The notes beneath the pieces are model-generated. The model was not told the origin of the DNA. It saw nothing but the letters and a program-made list of their open reading frames with translations, and ran no database searches. Positions 1 through 12,963 of a stretch of DNA of 64,000 bases are shown piece after piece. The DNA comes from Geosiphon pyriformis uo1 (lineage: Eukaryota > Fungi > Glomeromycota). The translations under genes were made by a program, and so were the position numbers. The stretch is taken from contig JAAOMT010000175.1 of the NCBI GenBank assembly GCA_016748015.1, positions 167,395-231,394 on the forward strand, read 5' to 3'. The first letter of the stretch is position 1, and every line of letters starts with the position of its first letter.

Positions 1-2900
1 TTTTGTATTCTCCTAGTAATGAATACAAGTTCTGTTTAATCTATTACAAAGATTAAAAACCAATTAGTTTGATACCCTAAGAAGAAATAAAAGAAGTGCA
101 GAAGTCTTTTGAGAATAAACCACCTAAGATACAATTACTTACAATAGAACAAAAAAAATTCTCTTCAGAAGAAAAAAAATAAACATTGAAAATCTGTTGG
201 CTAAAAATAGCTCAGTTATCTCAAAAAAATAATATCTTTAGACAAATCTATGTAATACAATACACCATTATTACCAAAAAAACTCATCCCATCTATTTAA
301 AGTCTTATTAATCCAATTAATGCAATAATAAGTTCATCAAAAAAGAAATAACCTGAATGAAAAATCTTGAATTCATACAAAAAACCAAGAATAAATAGGC
401 TTTTTCAGTTATAATAGTATCCAAAAAAAATAAAATCCTATGCTTTTGTGTTGACTATTACCAACTAAATGTCATTATTATAAAAAATATGTATTTACTC
501 TCCAAAATTAATGCAATGTTAGATAAATTCAATGGTGCTGTTTTTTTCTCAACTATTGACTTAACTGCTGAATTTTAACAAGTAGAAATAGATTCAGAAA
601 GTAGAAAAAAAACTGCTTTTATTACCAAGTATGGTACTTATAAATTCATTGTCATGTCTTTTGGTCTTACCAATGCTTCTCTCACTTTTCAATGCTTAAT
701 GAACAAAGTATTTGAATTAATAAAAAAAAACTTTGTTCTAGTTTATTTGGACAATATAATGATATACTCAAAAAACTGGAATAAATACTTTGAACATTTG
801 CAGAAAATTTTTGATCTGCTTAGAAATGCTGGCCTCAAAATCAATCCAATCAAATTTTTCTTTGAATGCCAATCCATTTAGTTTCTTGGTTATCTTATTA
901 CAAAAGATAAAATCTTTCTTGATCCAGCTAAAGTTGAAAAGTTCAAAACATTAAACAACTAATAAATATTCTTAAACTATGCTCTTTCCTTGGTTTGACT
1001 TCTTACTATCACAAATTTATCAAAAATTTCTCCAAAATTGCTTTTTCTCTCAATTAGCTACTCAAAAAAAATATCAATTATTACTGAGGCACTCATCAAC
1101 AAAAAGCATTTAAAACTCTGAAAGAAAAACTTGTTACTAAACCAATTCTTAAGCAACTTAATCTGAACCAATTTTTCATCCTCCATACTAATGTATTTGT
1201 TTATGGACTTGGTACTGTCCTCTTACAAAAAAATAAAAATAGCAGGGAATATGCTATAACATATGCCAATAGATTTTTTACATCAGCAGAAAAGAACTAT
1301 TCAGTTATTGAACAAGAATGTTTAACAGTAGTCTGGGCCACTAATTACTGGGATTAATATCTTTTTGGTGTGAAATTTTTAGTAGCAACAGATTATCAAG
1401 TTTTGGTTTGGCTGTAGAACAAAAAAAAGCTGGAACATAAATAGATAACTTGCTGAATACTCCATTTGGATGAATTTAACTATGATATTCAACACCACAA
1501 AGGAGCTAATCATTAAAATGTTGATGTTCTCTCTAGACTTATTATTCAATAATAGTACAATCTCTCAACCAAACCAACTTAATTATTAGTAAATCTCTCA
1601 TAAACAAACACAATAATAGACTTGGACAATTACTTTGTCTTAATGAAATTTTTGGGTAAAGAACAATATCCACCAGAATACACTTGACAGCAAAGAGAAC
1701 ATTTACACAAACAATTAAATTTCTATTTAATTTGTCAAAACCAATTTTACAAAAGAAATAAAAAAGATCCTAATTGCCTTTAGAGAGTTATTAGATTTGA
1801 AAAAAAAGAAATTGTGATCTATAACATGTACATTAATCCATTAGTTGGACACTTTAAAAAAACAAAAACAATTCAAAAAACTTTAACTCACTATTATTGG
1901 TCTACTTTGGGAAAAAACATTGCTGAATATATAAAAATCTGTGATATTTGTCAAAAAAAAGACAAACCCAATTGCAAAGAAGATATCTATCTAATCTCTG
2001 TTAGTCAACCATTTGACAGAATTGGTATAGATATTATTAGATCTTTAACAATAACTTCTAATGACAACAGATATATTATCACAGCTATCAACTATCTTAC
2101 AAAATAGGTAAAAGTAAAAGTCATCTCAGATTAAACAGTAGTTTCAATAGTCAATTTCATTTATGAAGATATTATTTGTCACTATGGCTGCTTCAAAAAA
2201 CTTTTATCTAATAAAAGAAGAGCTTTTCTCAATATACTGATTGAAAAACTTTGTAGAAAAATGGAAATATATCATAAACTTTTTTCTTTTTACCATCCTC
2301 AAACAAATAGCCTAATAAAACATTTCAATAGAACACTATGTGAAACATTAGTCAAAACCAGTAAAAAAGCAAATTTATGAGACAAAGTACTGTCTTCAGC
2401 TTTGTTTGCTTATAGAACTGTGAATTATGACATAACAAGTTATGAATCTTTTTATCTGCTCTATGAATGTATGGCAACACTATCAATAGAAATTGACATT
2501 GAAACAATACTCTTTAAAGAAATTACAATAGGAAATTATAAAGACATTTTGCAAAAAAAACTTAGTATTATTTTTGATTTCTTGGTAGAAGCATGAATAA
2601 TTGCTTTTAAAAAAATAAAACAGTTCCAAGAAAAGCTTAAGAAGAAAAAAACTTATAAAATACTTTCTTTAAGTATTAGTGACTTGGTATTGGAATACCA
2701 TTTAAACAGAAACAATATCTATAATAATAAATTTTTTAGCCAGTAGAAAGAACTTTTTTTAGTCAACAAAGTTTTGAATAATGGTTCTTATATACTTCAA
2801 GATCAATTTGAAACAATCTTTAATAATTGTTCTGTTTATGGTACATGACTTAAAAAATATTATAAACGACCTGATTGGTTGTCTATTGTGGTAATATTGA
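1..2900 (+). pseudogene. pol pseudogene of E1 (RT, RNase H, integrase), many stops
   Basis: ORF fragments 654-881, 1814-2107 and 2402-2596 in Ty3/Gypsy order RT-RH-IN; stops arise from TGG, CAA and CGA codons. Confidence 0.9.
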
Positions 2901-2933
2901 CTCAAATAATTAGCAAAAACCAAGTATAAATAA

Positions 2934-3589
2934 ATGCACCATTTCCAAAACAGAGGTATCTTCAATTGACATAAATAATTATTTTCTGGATCAAAACATT
3001 CAAACACCTTCTATATTTTCCATGAGTATTGGATCAAAAACTATTCAAATACTACTTTGATTATTGAAAAACAAACCACCATAACTGATAGCAGTAGAAC
3101 ACATATTGTTATTAAACCTAAGAAAACTATTACCAAAAGAATTGGTAGCAAAATGGATAAATATTTGTTGGAAAGTATATCAGCAGCTATACTTCTATCT
3201 TTCAGCATAATTGGAAAAACAATTTAAGAAATCTTGCCCATAGACAAAAACTTGTTATATAAAAGGCAATTAGAACTCTATAGTTGCCTTAGTGCAATCA
3301 TAAAAGATATAAAACTCCTAAAAAAAACAACTTCAGAAATACAAGTAGAAATTTTGGGCATTATATGGTTAAATATTCCAAAAGTTTTAACTATTGCTAA
3401 AAAAGCCAAAACTTTAATATAAAGATTTGGTCTCTTGAATACAAAACTCATTTCATTTTAAGTATTATATATTCTATCCACAAAAAATTTCAACAAATTA
3501 GTTAGCTTTGAGTTAGACAAAACTTTTTAAATAAATTACATTATAAATAGCTTGATTTTGTCAGAGCTCAATCTTTTTGGAGAGAATAA
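2934..3589 (+). pseudogene. Extra ORF (ORF3) of E1 between integrase and PPT
   Basis: ATG at 2934 is in frame with fragment 3234-3422. Motifs LYSCLSAII, AKKAKTLI*RFG and LYILSTKNFNKL align by eye with ORF3 of families A and B. Confidence 0.6.
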
Positions 3590-5146
3590 TATTATGGTTG
3601 AAACCCATACTTTTTATTAATTATTATATGTATTAGCTACTAATGTCATATAATTAGCCACTCTATTTTTAGATAGTAATCATTGACCTGATCAATAATC
3701 TGATTATTAATCTGATTATTGACCTAATTATTGACCACTTTTGATAATTATATAAGCAATGAATCTCTTAGCTGTTATTATAGGTAATTATTTGGGGTTT
3801 TGAATTAAATAACAAACTCATAACTTGGTGCTTAATATCTACTTTGATGGTGATATCTAAAGGTTTTGCTGGTCTGAAGATTTTGGTTGAGTCTTTTGTA
3901 TAATAGACAGAGATTCAAGTATTGTGATCCATAGCTTCCCAGAATTACAATTTCATCAAATTTCTTTCTTAGCATGATGGCTGGTAATTCTTTTGGTAAG
4001 CTATCCTTAATTAAGTGTTCTACTTTTATTTTTGGGTCTTTTACCAGTTACTTTAACATTGATAACTCTGCATGTAAACTTTTAATCAGTTAGTAAACAA
4101 TAAAGAAACAAAATAAAAAAAAGAAAAAAAATAACAAAAGAAAGAAATAAGCCAAGATAAATGCAAGTTAGTATCTTGTCAATAGCTGTAATCAAGAGCT
4201 ATTGTTTTAGTGTGGTTAAGTATTTGTTACTATCAACATAAAATGTTGATAGTGGAAAGTAAATTGAGATAGCAAATAATTATTTATTAATATTTGTGAT
4301 TTGAAAGATTGCTTAGATAAACTCTAAACTGAGAGGTCTGTTTTTTTTGCTTTTAATGTTACTACTATATATACATAATTCTCTTTAGATAAGAAATCTT
4401 TTTTCTTTGCTAAATTTTTTGAAAAATCTTTGATTTCCTAAAACATCCAGGATTTCCTAAAAAATTCTCAACTTTTCTGAAATATCTTGGATTTCCTGAA
4501 TAATCCTGGATTTCCTGAAACATCTAGGATTTCCTAAAAAAATTTTTTTCTCTTCTTTTATTTTAATTGGCTATTTTATAATCATGTGTTTTTTTTTGAT
4601 TATTTATTATTTTTTCTCTTTTCTAAGTATAACACTATAAAAAACATGTCAAAAAACAAGACATATTAGAAATTAAAAAAATAAAATAAATAAAATAACA
4701 ACTTTCATCTCAATTTTTCTTTTATTGCTAATTTTTCTTTCCTTATCTTTAAGTATCCAAACATTTTGAGATAAAAAATTACTTGTTGGTTATTTTCTAC
4801 TCTTTTCTTAAAACATGTAATTGTAGTATTTAAGGATTATTGAATAAAACATAACTAAAGAATACATCTGATACCTAATATTAAATTCTAAGAGTGCTGA
4901 TGTAAAGCATAGAATTATACCAGTGTGTGATTATTTGTTGACAGTACAGACTATCCCTTTACCTTCAGATTTCTCAATTATTTTTAAAAAGTATAGCAAC
5001 TGAAATATTTTATAAGACTGATTTTACACATTGAATCCATACTTATTCAATTTGCTCTTTAAAGTTAAATTCCCTTGATTCCTTTTATCACCCTACAATC
5101 CTGTTTTTTCTTGCTATTTGTTAGCTTATTACTTCAATCTGTAACA
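3590..5146 (+). repeat. 3' LTR of E1, interrupted by a solo LTR at 3776-4634
   Basis: Follows the PPT; termini are decayed TGTTAC..GTAACA; 12-bp tandem repeat (TGACCTGATCAT-like) at ~3682-3736. Confidence 0.75.
3776..4634 (-). mobile_element. Solo LTR, family A
   Basis: Homologous to 11400-12266 (taacttggtgct, caatagc..gctattg, GGATTTCCT array); flanked by 4-bp TSD ctgt/ctat. Confidence 0.85.
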
Positions 5147-8100
5147 ATATACTAAGTTGTTGTCTAATTATTGTCTACTTAAATAGTATTGTTAACAAAT
5201 ACACTAGCAACAAAAAAATATAAGACTAGTTTGGCTTTTTACATATCTTGTTTTAGTTACAAACTTAAAATCAATCTTATATTCATATATATTCTTTTGC
5301 TTTTTGATTATACATAAAAGAAAATCATAGAAAATACACCAAAAAAAAAAAGAAAACACTTTATTTTAATCTAATCTATCATGTATTTAATATTTGTCTA
5401 TTAAATTAAAGTTAATAATAACTTGATTAATATAATTATTATAAATACTGCCAAAAAATTTAATAAATTTATTATATATTTAATATAAATTAAACTATTT
5501 TTTAAGTACATTTAACTTATCAAATTATATGCTTTTTGCATATTTTATAATATTAATTAAAGTTTATAATTCTTTTTTAGTGTGTTTTTTACCACTGAAT
5601 TAATAGCAAAAACTGGAAATTGTGTATTTATTCTCTTTAAAACTGAAAAATTATTATTTTAAAGCATATTATACTTATTGTAAACTAAAAAAATTCTATT
5701 TAACAACACTTTAAAAAAATTTTTCCAAGCTGTTTCAATTAGTATAATAGATTTGAGTTGGTTAAAACTTTTTTCTATTTATATAATTTAAGAATTATTA
5801 ATATTTAAGCTTTTTTTAAGACTAAAAAACTGATTTATATAACAAACAACTATTAAAAAAGTTTAACAAAAGATTTAAAACCAAAAAATTACAATGTTTT
5901 CAAAGTTTGTTAGGTATTTTAGACAAATCAAAAATTTTTTCATCTAACAAATCTAATATAATTCTTAATATTTTATCAAAACCAATTTTATTCATAATAC
6001 TAAAAAAAACATTATTTGTTACATAAATTAAAAACAAATATTGCCAAAACCAAATATCTAAAACAACATTAACTACTGTTTATTTTCTTATTTATTTTTT
6101 TATAATTGAATTTATTCAGAACTTAATTTCATTAAATTCTAAAATTAAGTCTTTCTATTTACTAAATAATTTAAGACTATTTTGTAAAAAAAATGTTCTA
6201 AAGCATTTTTAATAGTGTGATCTTTATTAATTTTAAACTTTTTATCTTCTTATTAATAACAACACAAATTCTTATAACTTTAGTATATTGAAATTTAATA
6301 AGCTTAAATGCTTAATACAACTTTCTAATTTTGGCTAATTTAGATCTAATTGTATCTAAATTGGTTTTAGATACCAAAAAATCTTGTATATTATATGTAT
6401 ATTAAATATCAAATAACAATTAATAAGCAATCAAGTTATTTAATTTATGACTAAAACCCAAACATAAAATTTAAACAATTTTAGATACCAAAACCTTCAA
6501 TTTATGAAACCAAAATAAAATTTTAATAAAAATATTATCGAAATTTTTGTTTAAAAAACCAATAATTTTTTTAATAGTATTCTATATAGAATTTAAATTA
6601 AAAAGTTCTCTTAAAAGACAAAAATTTCTATTAAACACAACAATATTTACTAATATAATATTTTTAAATTAGATTTATTTGGTCATATTGGCTTTTTTAA
6701 AGTTGTATTTCCATCAATTTTTGTTAATTTGTTTGTAAAAGTTACTTAAATGTTCATCTAAAATGTTATTTAAACTGACTAAAATAAAACAACAAAATAA
6801 TTTGTATCAAAAAAGTCAATTATATTCGAAACTTTTCTGTTAGTACAAACATTAATTAGATTAGATAATGTAAAAATATAATTAATTGTTTTTTTAACCA
6901 TTTGTAAAAATTCTTTCAAATAAAAACTTTTGCAAATAGACTTTTAAACAAAAAATTAATTAATCTAAAATCCATATATTTTTTAAAATTGGTATTATAT
7001 TTAACACTATTTTCATTAAATTTATCATTCAAAACAATAAAAATACTTTTATTATATGTTTTAACAATAGCAGAATTAACAATAAACATTAAATTTAAAT
7101 GTTTTTCAAAAGATACATTTACATAGAGCCCCAATACCAAAACTGACTATTTGTTTTTAAACAGCAAATAAATTAACAAAAGTTTACTAAAAAGCTTTAA
7201 AACTTTTAAGACATGTCAAACTAAATAATTATTTATAATAATTACAACACTAATATCTATATAACCAGACTTCAAACTGGAAACAAAAATTCTACCTCTA
7301 CTAAACTTATTTACAATTTAAGATCTAATATTAGAATATAATTTTGTTTTAATAACTATTGAAATATTGTTCTTAGATTTCTTATATCATTTAAAAATAT
7401 TCTTCTGCTTAGTAAAATTGCTTATTCTTTTAATATTACATGTAGTAATTTTTTAAATGAAACTAGTTATTAAGATATTAAAAAAAAGCACTATAAGCCA
7501 AAACTAGACTATTAAATTTAGCTAACAAATTTATAATTAAATTAAAAAACTCTTTAATTATGTTTTCAACTTAACTATATCTGAAAAAGTTAAAAAATTT
7601 AACTTTATAACAGTCTTACTATTAGTAAACACATCTAAACTTTTTATTATTATTATATTATTTATTTAATTTTGTGATAAAAAAGTTATTAATGGCTAAT
7701 ATTTAAGACTAAACTAAAAAATTATTAATACAAGCATGTTTAACCTCTTAACCAATTTACTAATTTGTTCTACAAGATTAATAAAACTGTTTTTGATTTT
7801 TTTAAAATGTTTTTTTATTATATTTACAACTATTAAAAAAGATTTGACTTTATATAAAAAATTAGACTAAAAAAACTACCAAATAATATTTAAAAAAAAA
7901 TTACCAATTATAAATGTCCAAATTTTATTATCAAAACCTATTAAACAGACAATAAAAACAGACTTTTTATTATATATTTTGACTAATGTAAGCTGGTCTA
8001 AAGCTAAAAAAAAGCTTTTTTTTTTTTAAGTATTGACATATTACTTACTAAATTACAACTAAGAAAAATATAGCCAAGTCTATTACAGATTAAACAAACA

Positions 8101-9400
8101 GCTAAAAACAAAAAAGACAAATAAAAAGTAATACTTTTTATAACAGAATTCATAACTATTGCTTTAATTAGATTTTTCTCAAAGTCAAAACACACAATAG
8201 TACATTTAATATAAATATAATTAACTGAATTACAATTAATAATTCATGTTTTTTTGCTAATTAAACCAATAAACTTTTAAAAATTATAAGCAGTTATTGT
8301 TATAAAAAGTATATAAAGCAAAGTTTTAAACTTATTTTTGAAATTTTATGTCTGTTTATAAATATTAGCTCTAATCATACAGACTATATTCTTTTTAATA
8401 AAAATAGACCACTTAAATACCAAAAAATTAGCTTAATTTTAATCATCTAATTCTATAATTACAATTTGTTAGAACTTTATTAATTGTATTTTGATTAACT
8501 TAATAATATTATAGCTAATAACTATAGTTTATACAGTCTTCACAAATTTTTTTACAGAAATTTTTTTACAATAATTGCTTAATTCATAAAATTGTTTATC
8601 AGTCATTTAAAATTGGTATTTATTATAACATTATAATTATTAGCCAAATTAATTATAATTAATATTGCTTTTTTAAAAGTAAAAAATATTTGAATAATTC
8701 TAATAAATTTTAAAAGAGTAAAAGCTTTTTTAAAATTATTTACATTAGAAAATATATTTTTAACAACTTTTAATTTATTTTAAGCAGATTTTTCAGTAAT
8801 AGCCAAAAAATCAATATCTAAAACAAATAATTTGCAAACTGAAATATAAACCAAAAGCTTGAAAAAAAAAGAGAAAAAAAAAATATTTATTTAAAATATT
8901 ACTATTATTATCATTGCTAATATTAAAATTAATTTGTTCAAGAAATTTTCTAAAAACATACTTAATAATAATTTTGCTTAGTTTTTTAAAAGTTATGTTA
9001 ATATTTTTATGGCTGAATTATTGTTACCAAGTTAAAAACTGGTTTTTTTAACCAAAAACTTCTTTTTTATTTTTTTATTTTTTGTATTAGTAATGTTTTT
9101 AGCAATTAAACTGCTTGTTCTACTAGTTTTAAATAACTTTTAAAAAACATTAATATCAATTTTAATAGCAAAATTTTTTAAAATACTCTTTTTATAATTT
9201 TTTCTGGAAAACAGTTTTGAAATTATAGAACCAACACCAGACTTTTTTTGGACTTTTTTATATTCATATCATTACTAATGTTAATAGTCTTATAGTTAAA
9301 TAAAAAAAAATTTGAAATATTTAATTAAATAGTAAGAAATAAACAAATACAAAAAAAACTTCTTTTACAAATAACTGTACTTTTTCAAAATTTTGGAATA
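5147..9400 (-). mobile_element. Heavily decayed LINE (non-LTR retrotransposon): ORF1, APE endonuclease and N-terminal part of RT
   Basis: Minus-strand translation gives an ORF1 Zn knuckle (CLICNRLGYIFLSC, ~8050-8100), the APE start (KITTCNIKRISNFTKQ..TKL, ~7450) and RT motifs NNFSVLK..L*NMQKAY (~5520-5660), RLD*NKVFS..WCIFYD (~5330-5380) and FVNN from FVDD (~5190). Cut at 5147 by E1. 5' boundary approximate. Confidence 0.85.
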
Positions 9401-11399
9401 TAAGAAAAAAAGAAGATTTTTTTATTAATTTTATTTTATGTTTATTATGAATTTAACAAGTATGGCCCAACCACTATTTAGAAATTAGGACCAAACTAAG
9501 TGATCCAAAGCTAAATATGGTTCATGCATTTACTACATGTAACCAACTACTCAAGCCAGTTCAGGCTATACTATATTAATACACCAGAAGAAAACTTATC
9601 CAAAAAAAACATCTTTTGAACAATCTCAAATAATGTAGCACTATTATTAACTAATTCAACTAACTACTCAGTTGTCTTAAAGACATCAGCCTTTACAATA
9701 GCAGATTTATGTTTCTAAAGAAGCATCAAATTAGAAAACATATTATCATCAAAAGATAACAAACTCACATAAAAACCTAACATGTCAATATTTTCAAAGC
9801 CACACTTAAATTTCAGAGCAATCACTTCTCACTTCAACTTATCAACAGCTTTGTTAAAGAAACCCATGTGAACCAAAACTTCATTGACCTTAAGGCTAAG
9901 AGCAATATTAGAAACCAGATTACCATTAACAAATTGTTCAAAAATTTTGACCATAGAGCCAACAGGCTTAATAATAGATTTAACCAAAACAGAAAGCTTG
10001 GCCAAATCAAATTCTAGAGACTCCAGCCAAAAAAACACCAAAGAAACATTAACAGCAACAAAAAGAGCAGAAGCCACCAAAGGAGAAAACTCAGAAAAAA
10101 CAGAGAGAACAGATGTCTTTACATAAGATAAAGAACTGACAAAATGGGGTTTAAACATCTTGGGAGCCTTAAAAGAAAGAGATAGAGCAACCTTATAGTC
10201 CATAGCCAAGTGGTCTATCTTTTAACACTAAAAACAATGCTGACAACCAGCAGTTTCTCACCATATATGGCACTTTTTTAGTGTACCAGTTTTAATAACA
10301 ACAAAGTCCAAATCAGCTTAAGAGCCAAATGTAACCAAAGCAAAGCAAAAACAACGACCAAAATTAGAAGACCAAGAAATAAAATAAGTCTGACCATCAA
10401 CTTGAAAAACCATATCACTGATTTCAAAAGCAGTACAGTCAGGAAAAAAGTTGACCAATTTGGTCTTAAACCTATCACAAGACACAATTGTTTTTTGTTG
10501 ATTCACAAGGAGAAGAATCTGAACACTATCTTTGTCCACCAAAACTGATCAGTAATTAAGAACAGATGTGACAGCAACTAAATTCTCAAAATAAACTACA
10601 ACATACTGTCAAATGTCAGCAGGCTTTAGCACAACATAAGTAATCACACCAAAAACACTGAAAACTGTCTTAATGTCAGCAGCAAACACATCCAAAGGCA
10701 TATCATGCAGTGCAACAGCAGCAGAAAAAAAACCAAACTCATAAACTACCAAGGACTTGGCAATTTTAAGGGTAGTCAAATGTATAGAGCTTGTAAGCTC
10801 AACCAAAAATACAGTTTCCAAAGACACTTAAGAAGCAAACTCCATACTAAAAGTTTCACATTGTCTTTTAATACTGATTTTGTACCCAAAAAACCATGCA
10901 CGGACTGAAAAACAGCCTTAATATAAGCCAATTTGATCTTAAAAGTAGCACTAGACACCAAAGTAGAGACCATCTACCCAGCAAACCTTTGACAACTAGT
11001 AATAGTTTCCCAAGCACCATCAGAAATAACACCAGAAACAAGAGGAAAAGATGATTCAGTTTTCATTTAATCAGCTCAGTTCTTAAAAACAGGTGACCTA
11101 ACAGGAGGAGATTGTTTTGCTTCTAAAACTGGCAATGATTTACTGAAAAACACCACATTTGGCAACACAACCAGTGGTTGATTTAGGCCCATCTTGGATA
11201 ACATGCCAGATAATACTATGGAGATCTTATTTAAAATCTTATTGGGAACCACAAAGGAGTTCAGTGTAACAATAGTAGAGACAAGTGACTGCTCTCACTT
11301 TCTTGAACTTTTGGTCTTTTTGACCATTTTCTTCAAAGAGGAGGTACTAGAAACACCAGATATTGAAGCTATGGAGGAGAATACCAGCTTATTAACTGG

Positions 11400-12266
11400 T
11401 GTTACAGGTGATTATTTCTACTGTTGAATTAAATAACAAACCTGTAACTTGGTGCTCAAAAGCTATAATGTTGTTAGTAATATCTGAAGGTGTTGTATCT
11501 GAAGGTTTTGGTTGAGTCCTTTGTATAATAGACAGAGATTCAATAGTGTCGATAGTAGATGTATCTTTCCAAAAGTTTTCCCAATTTTTTTCTCAGCGTG
11601 GTGGCCGGATTTAGTCTGGCAGTCATGTCCTTTTGGTAAGCTATTCGATAATATATAAAATTTTACCCATATTTCTGGGTCTTTTACCAGGCTATCCTTG
11701 ATGTCAATAACTCAGCACTTTAATCTTTAATCAATTAGTATACAACAACAAATCACAATAATAAAGAAAAAGAAATAAAAAGAAAATAAAGAAAGAAAAA
11801 AAATAAGCCAAGACAATTTGTAGATTAGTATCTTGTCAATAGCCATGATCAAGAGCTATTGTTCCAGCATGGTTAAGTATCAATTACTATCAACATGAAG
11901 GGTTGATAGTGGGGAGTAGATTGAGATATGAAATAATTATTTATTTGATGATTGCGTTTCTAGGCTAAGGATTCTGTGGTATCGATTCTGTCTTTTCTGT
12001 TTCTAATACTACTGCTATATATACATAATTGAGATTTCTCAATTCCTTGATTCTTTATGACAGGAATCCTGGAATTCCTGGAATTCTGCGATTCCTTTGA
12101 GAAAAATCCTGCAATTTTGGAATCCTGCAATTCCTCGTTGGGGAATCCTGAAATTCCTGGAATCCTGCAATTTTTGAAAGAAAACCTGGAATTCCCTATT
12201 TACTATGCTTACTTCTGATTGGCTAATAATTATGTTCATATATTTTCTATATTTCTATGAGTGACA
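11400..12266 (-). repeat. 3' LTR of E2
   Basis: 867 bp direct repeat of 20691-21533; PPT (aaaagaagagaataa on minus strand) adjacent at 12267-12281. Confidence 0.95.
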
Positions 12267-12279
12267 TTATTCTCTTCTT

Positions 12280-12909
12280 TTAATATTGAGCTTCATTGAA
12301 ATCTAACTTATGTAATTCCTCTTCTTGAAGTATTTCTTGGATTTCATTTTCGAGAATTACTTGTGTTATTTGGGTCTGTAATTCTTCAAATTAAGCATTG
12401 GTGATTTTTCCCAATTGATTACTGGTAACTATATCCATTGCTCTGTTGAGCAATATTTCTGGTTTATCCTGAAATGCTGTGTGTATTCGGTATATGGCTC
12501 GGGCTTGTGTGGATAAGTTGTTTTTTCCCACAAAATGTTCTAATTGTTGTAGTATTCTTTTGTCAAATAATCACTTTGTTTTATTCATATATAGATTCTG
12601 GATATTTATGTGTTGTCCCAAGTGAAAATAACAATAGTTTTTTGGAAATTGTTGTATCCACCAATTCCAAGTTTCTTTAGTCAACTTTTGATATAGTGAC
12701 TCTTTTGTTGATTCTTTTACTGTTAATTTTACTTTTGCTATGATTTTGTCCACAGTATTTTCAGTTTTCTTCTGTGTTCTGAGTTGAAATGTCTTTCTAG
12801 TATCTTAATATCGAATGGTTTGTTGATTGATTGTAATCTCCATTTTCTGGTGTTGGATTAATTGAAAGAGTTGTTGTGCTAGTACGTGAATGTTGTCTGT
12901 AATTTCCAT
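12280..12909 (-). pseudogene. Extra ORF3 of E2 (~209 codons, env position)
   Basis: MEITDNIHVLAQQL...YCYFHLGQHI...ARAIYRIHTAF...IGKITNA*FEEL...NEAQY*, with a few internal stops. Confidence 0.75.
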
Positions 12910-12963
12910 TTTTCTGATATTTCCTGTCACGTCTATCATGTCTTTATATATTCTTTTAATGAA

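Larger units (their letters stand above)
1..5146 (+). mobile_element. Ty3/Gypsy LTR retrotransposon, family C (E1), 3' part: decayed RT-RNaseH-IN, extra ORF and 3' LTR; inserted in a LINE RT
   Basis: RT (MSFGLTNA..TFQ, LVYLDN from YLDD), RNase H, integrase HHCC (H..LVGH...CDIC) and core domain. PPT ggagagaataa ends at 3589. LTR runs from tattatgg (3590) to ctgtaaca (5146). LINE RT sequence resumes at 5147. Confidence 0.9.

Noticed and set aside
7860-7925. Possible Pif1/Helitron helicase motif (ILFG..F)
   Set aside because: It lies between the LINE ORF1 Zn knuckle and the APE start, so it is decayed ORF1 sequence.
12060-12196. Repeat array resembling a CRISPR array or heat-shock element
   Set aside because: Short 8-9 bp units without unique spacers, inside a eukaryotic LTR; the spacing does not fit nGAAnnTTCn.
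12280-12909. ORF3 as a retroviral env gene
   Set aside because: Too short, with no signal peptide, furin site or TM anchor; reported as an unknown accessory ORF instead.
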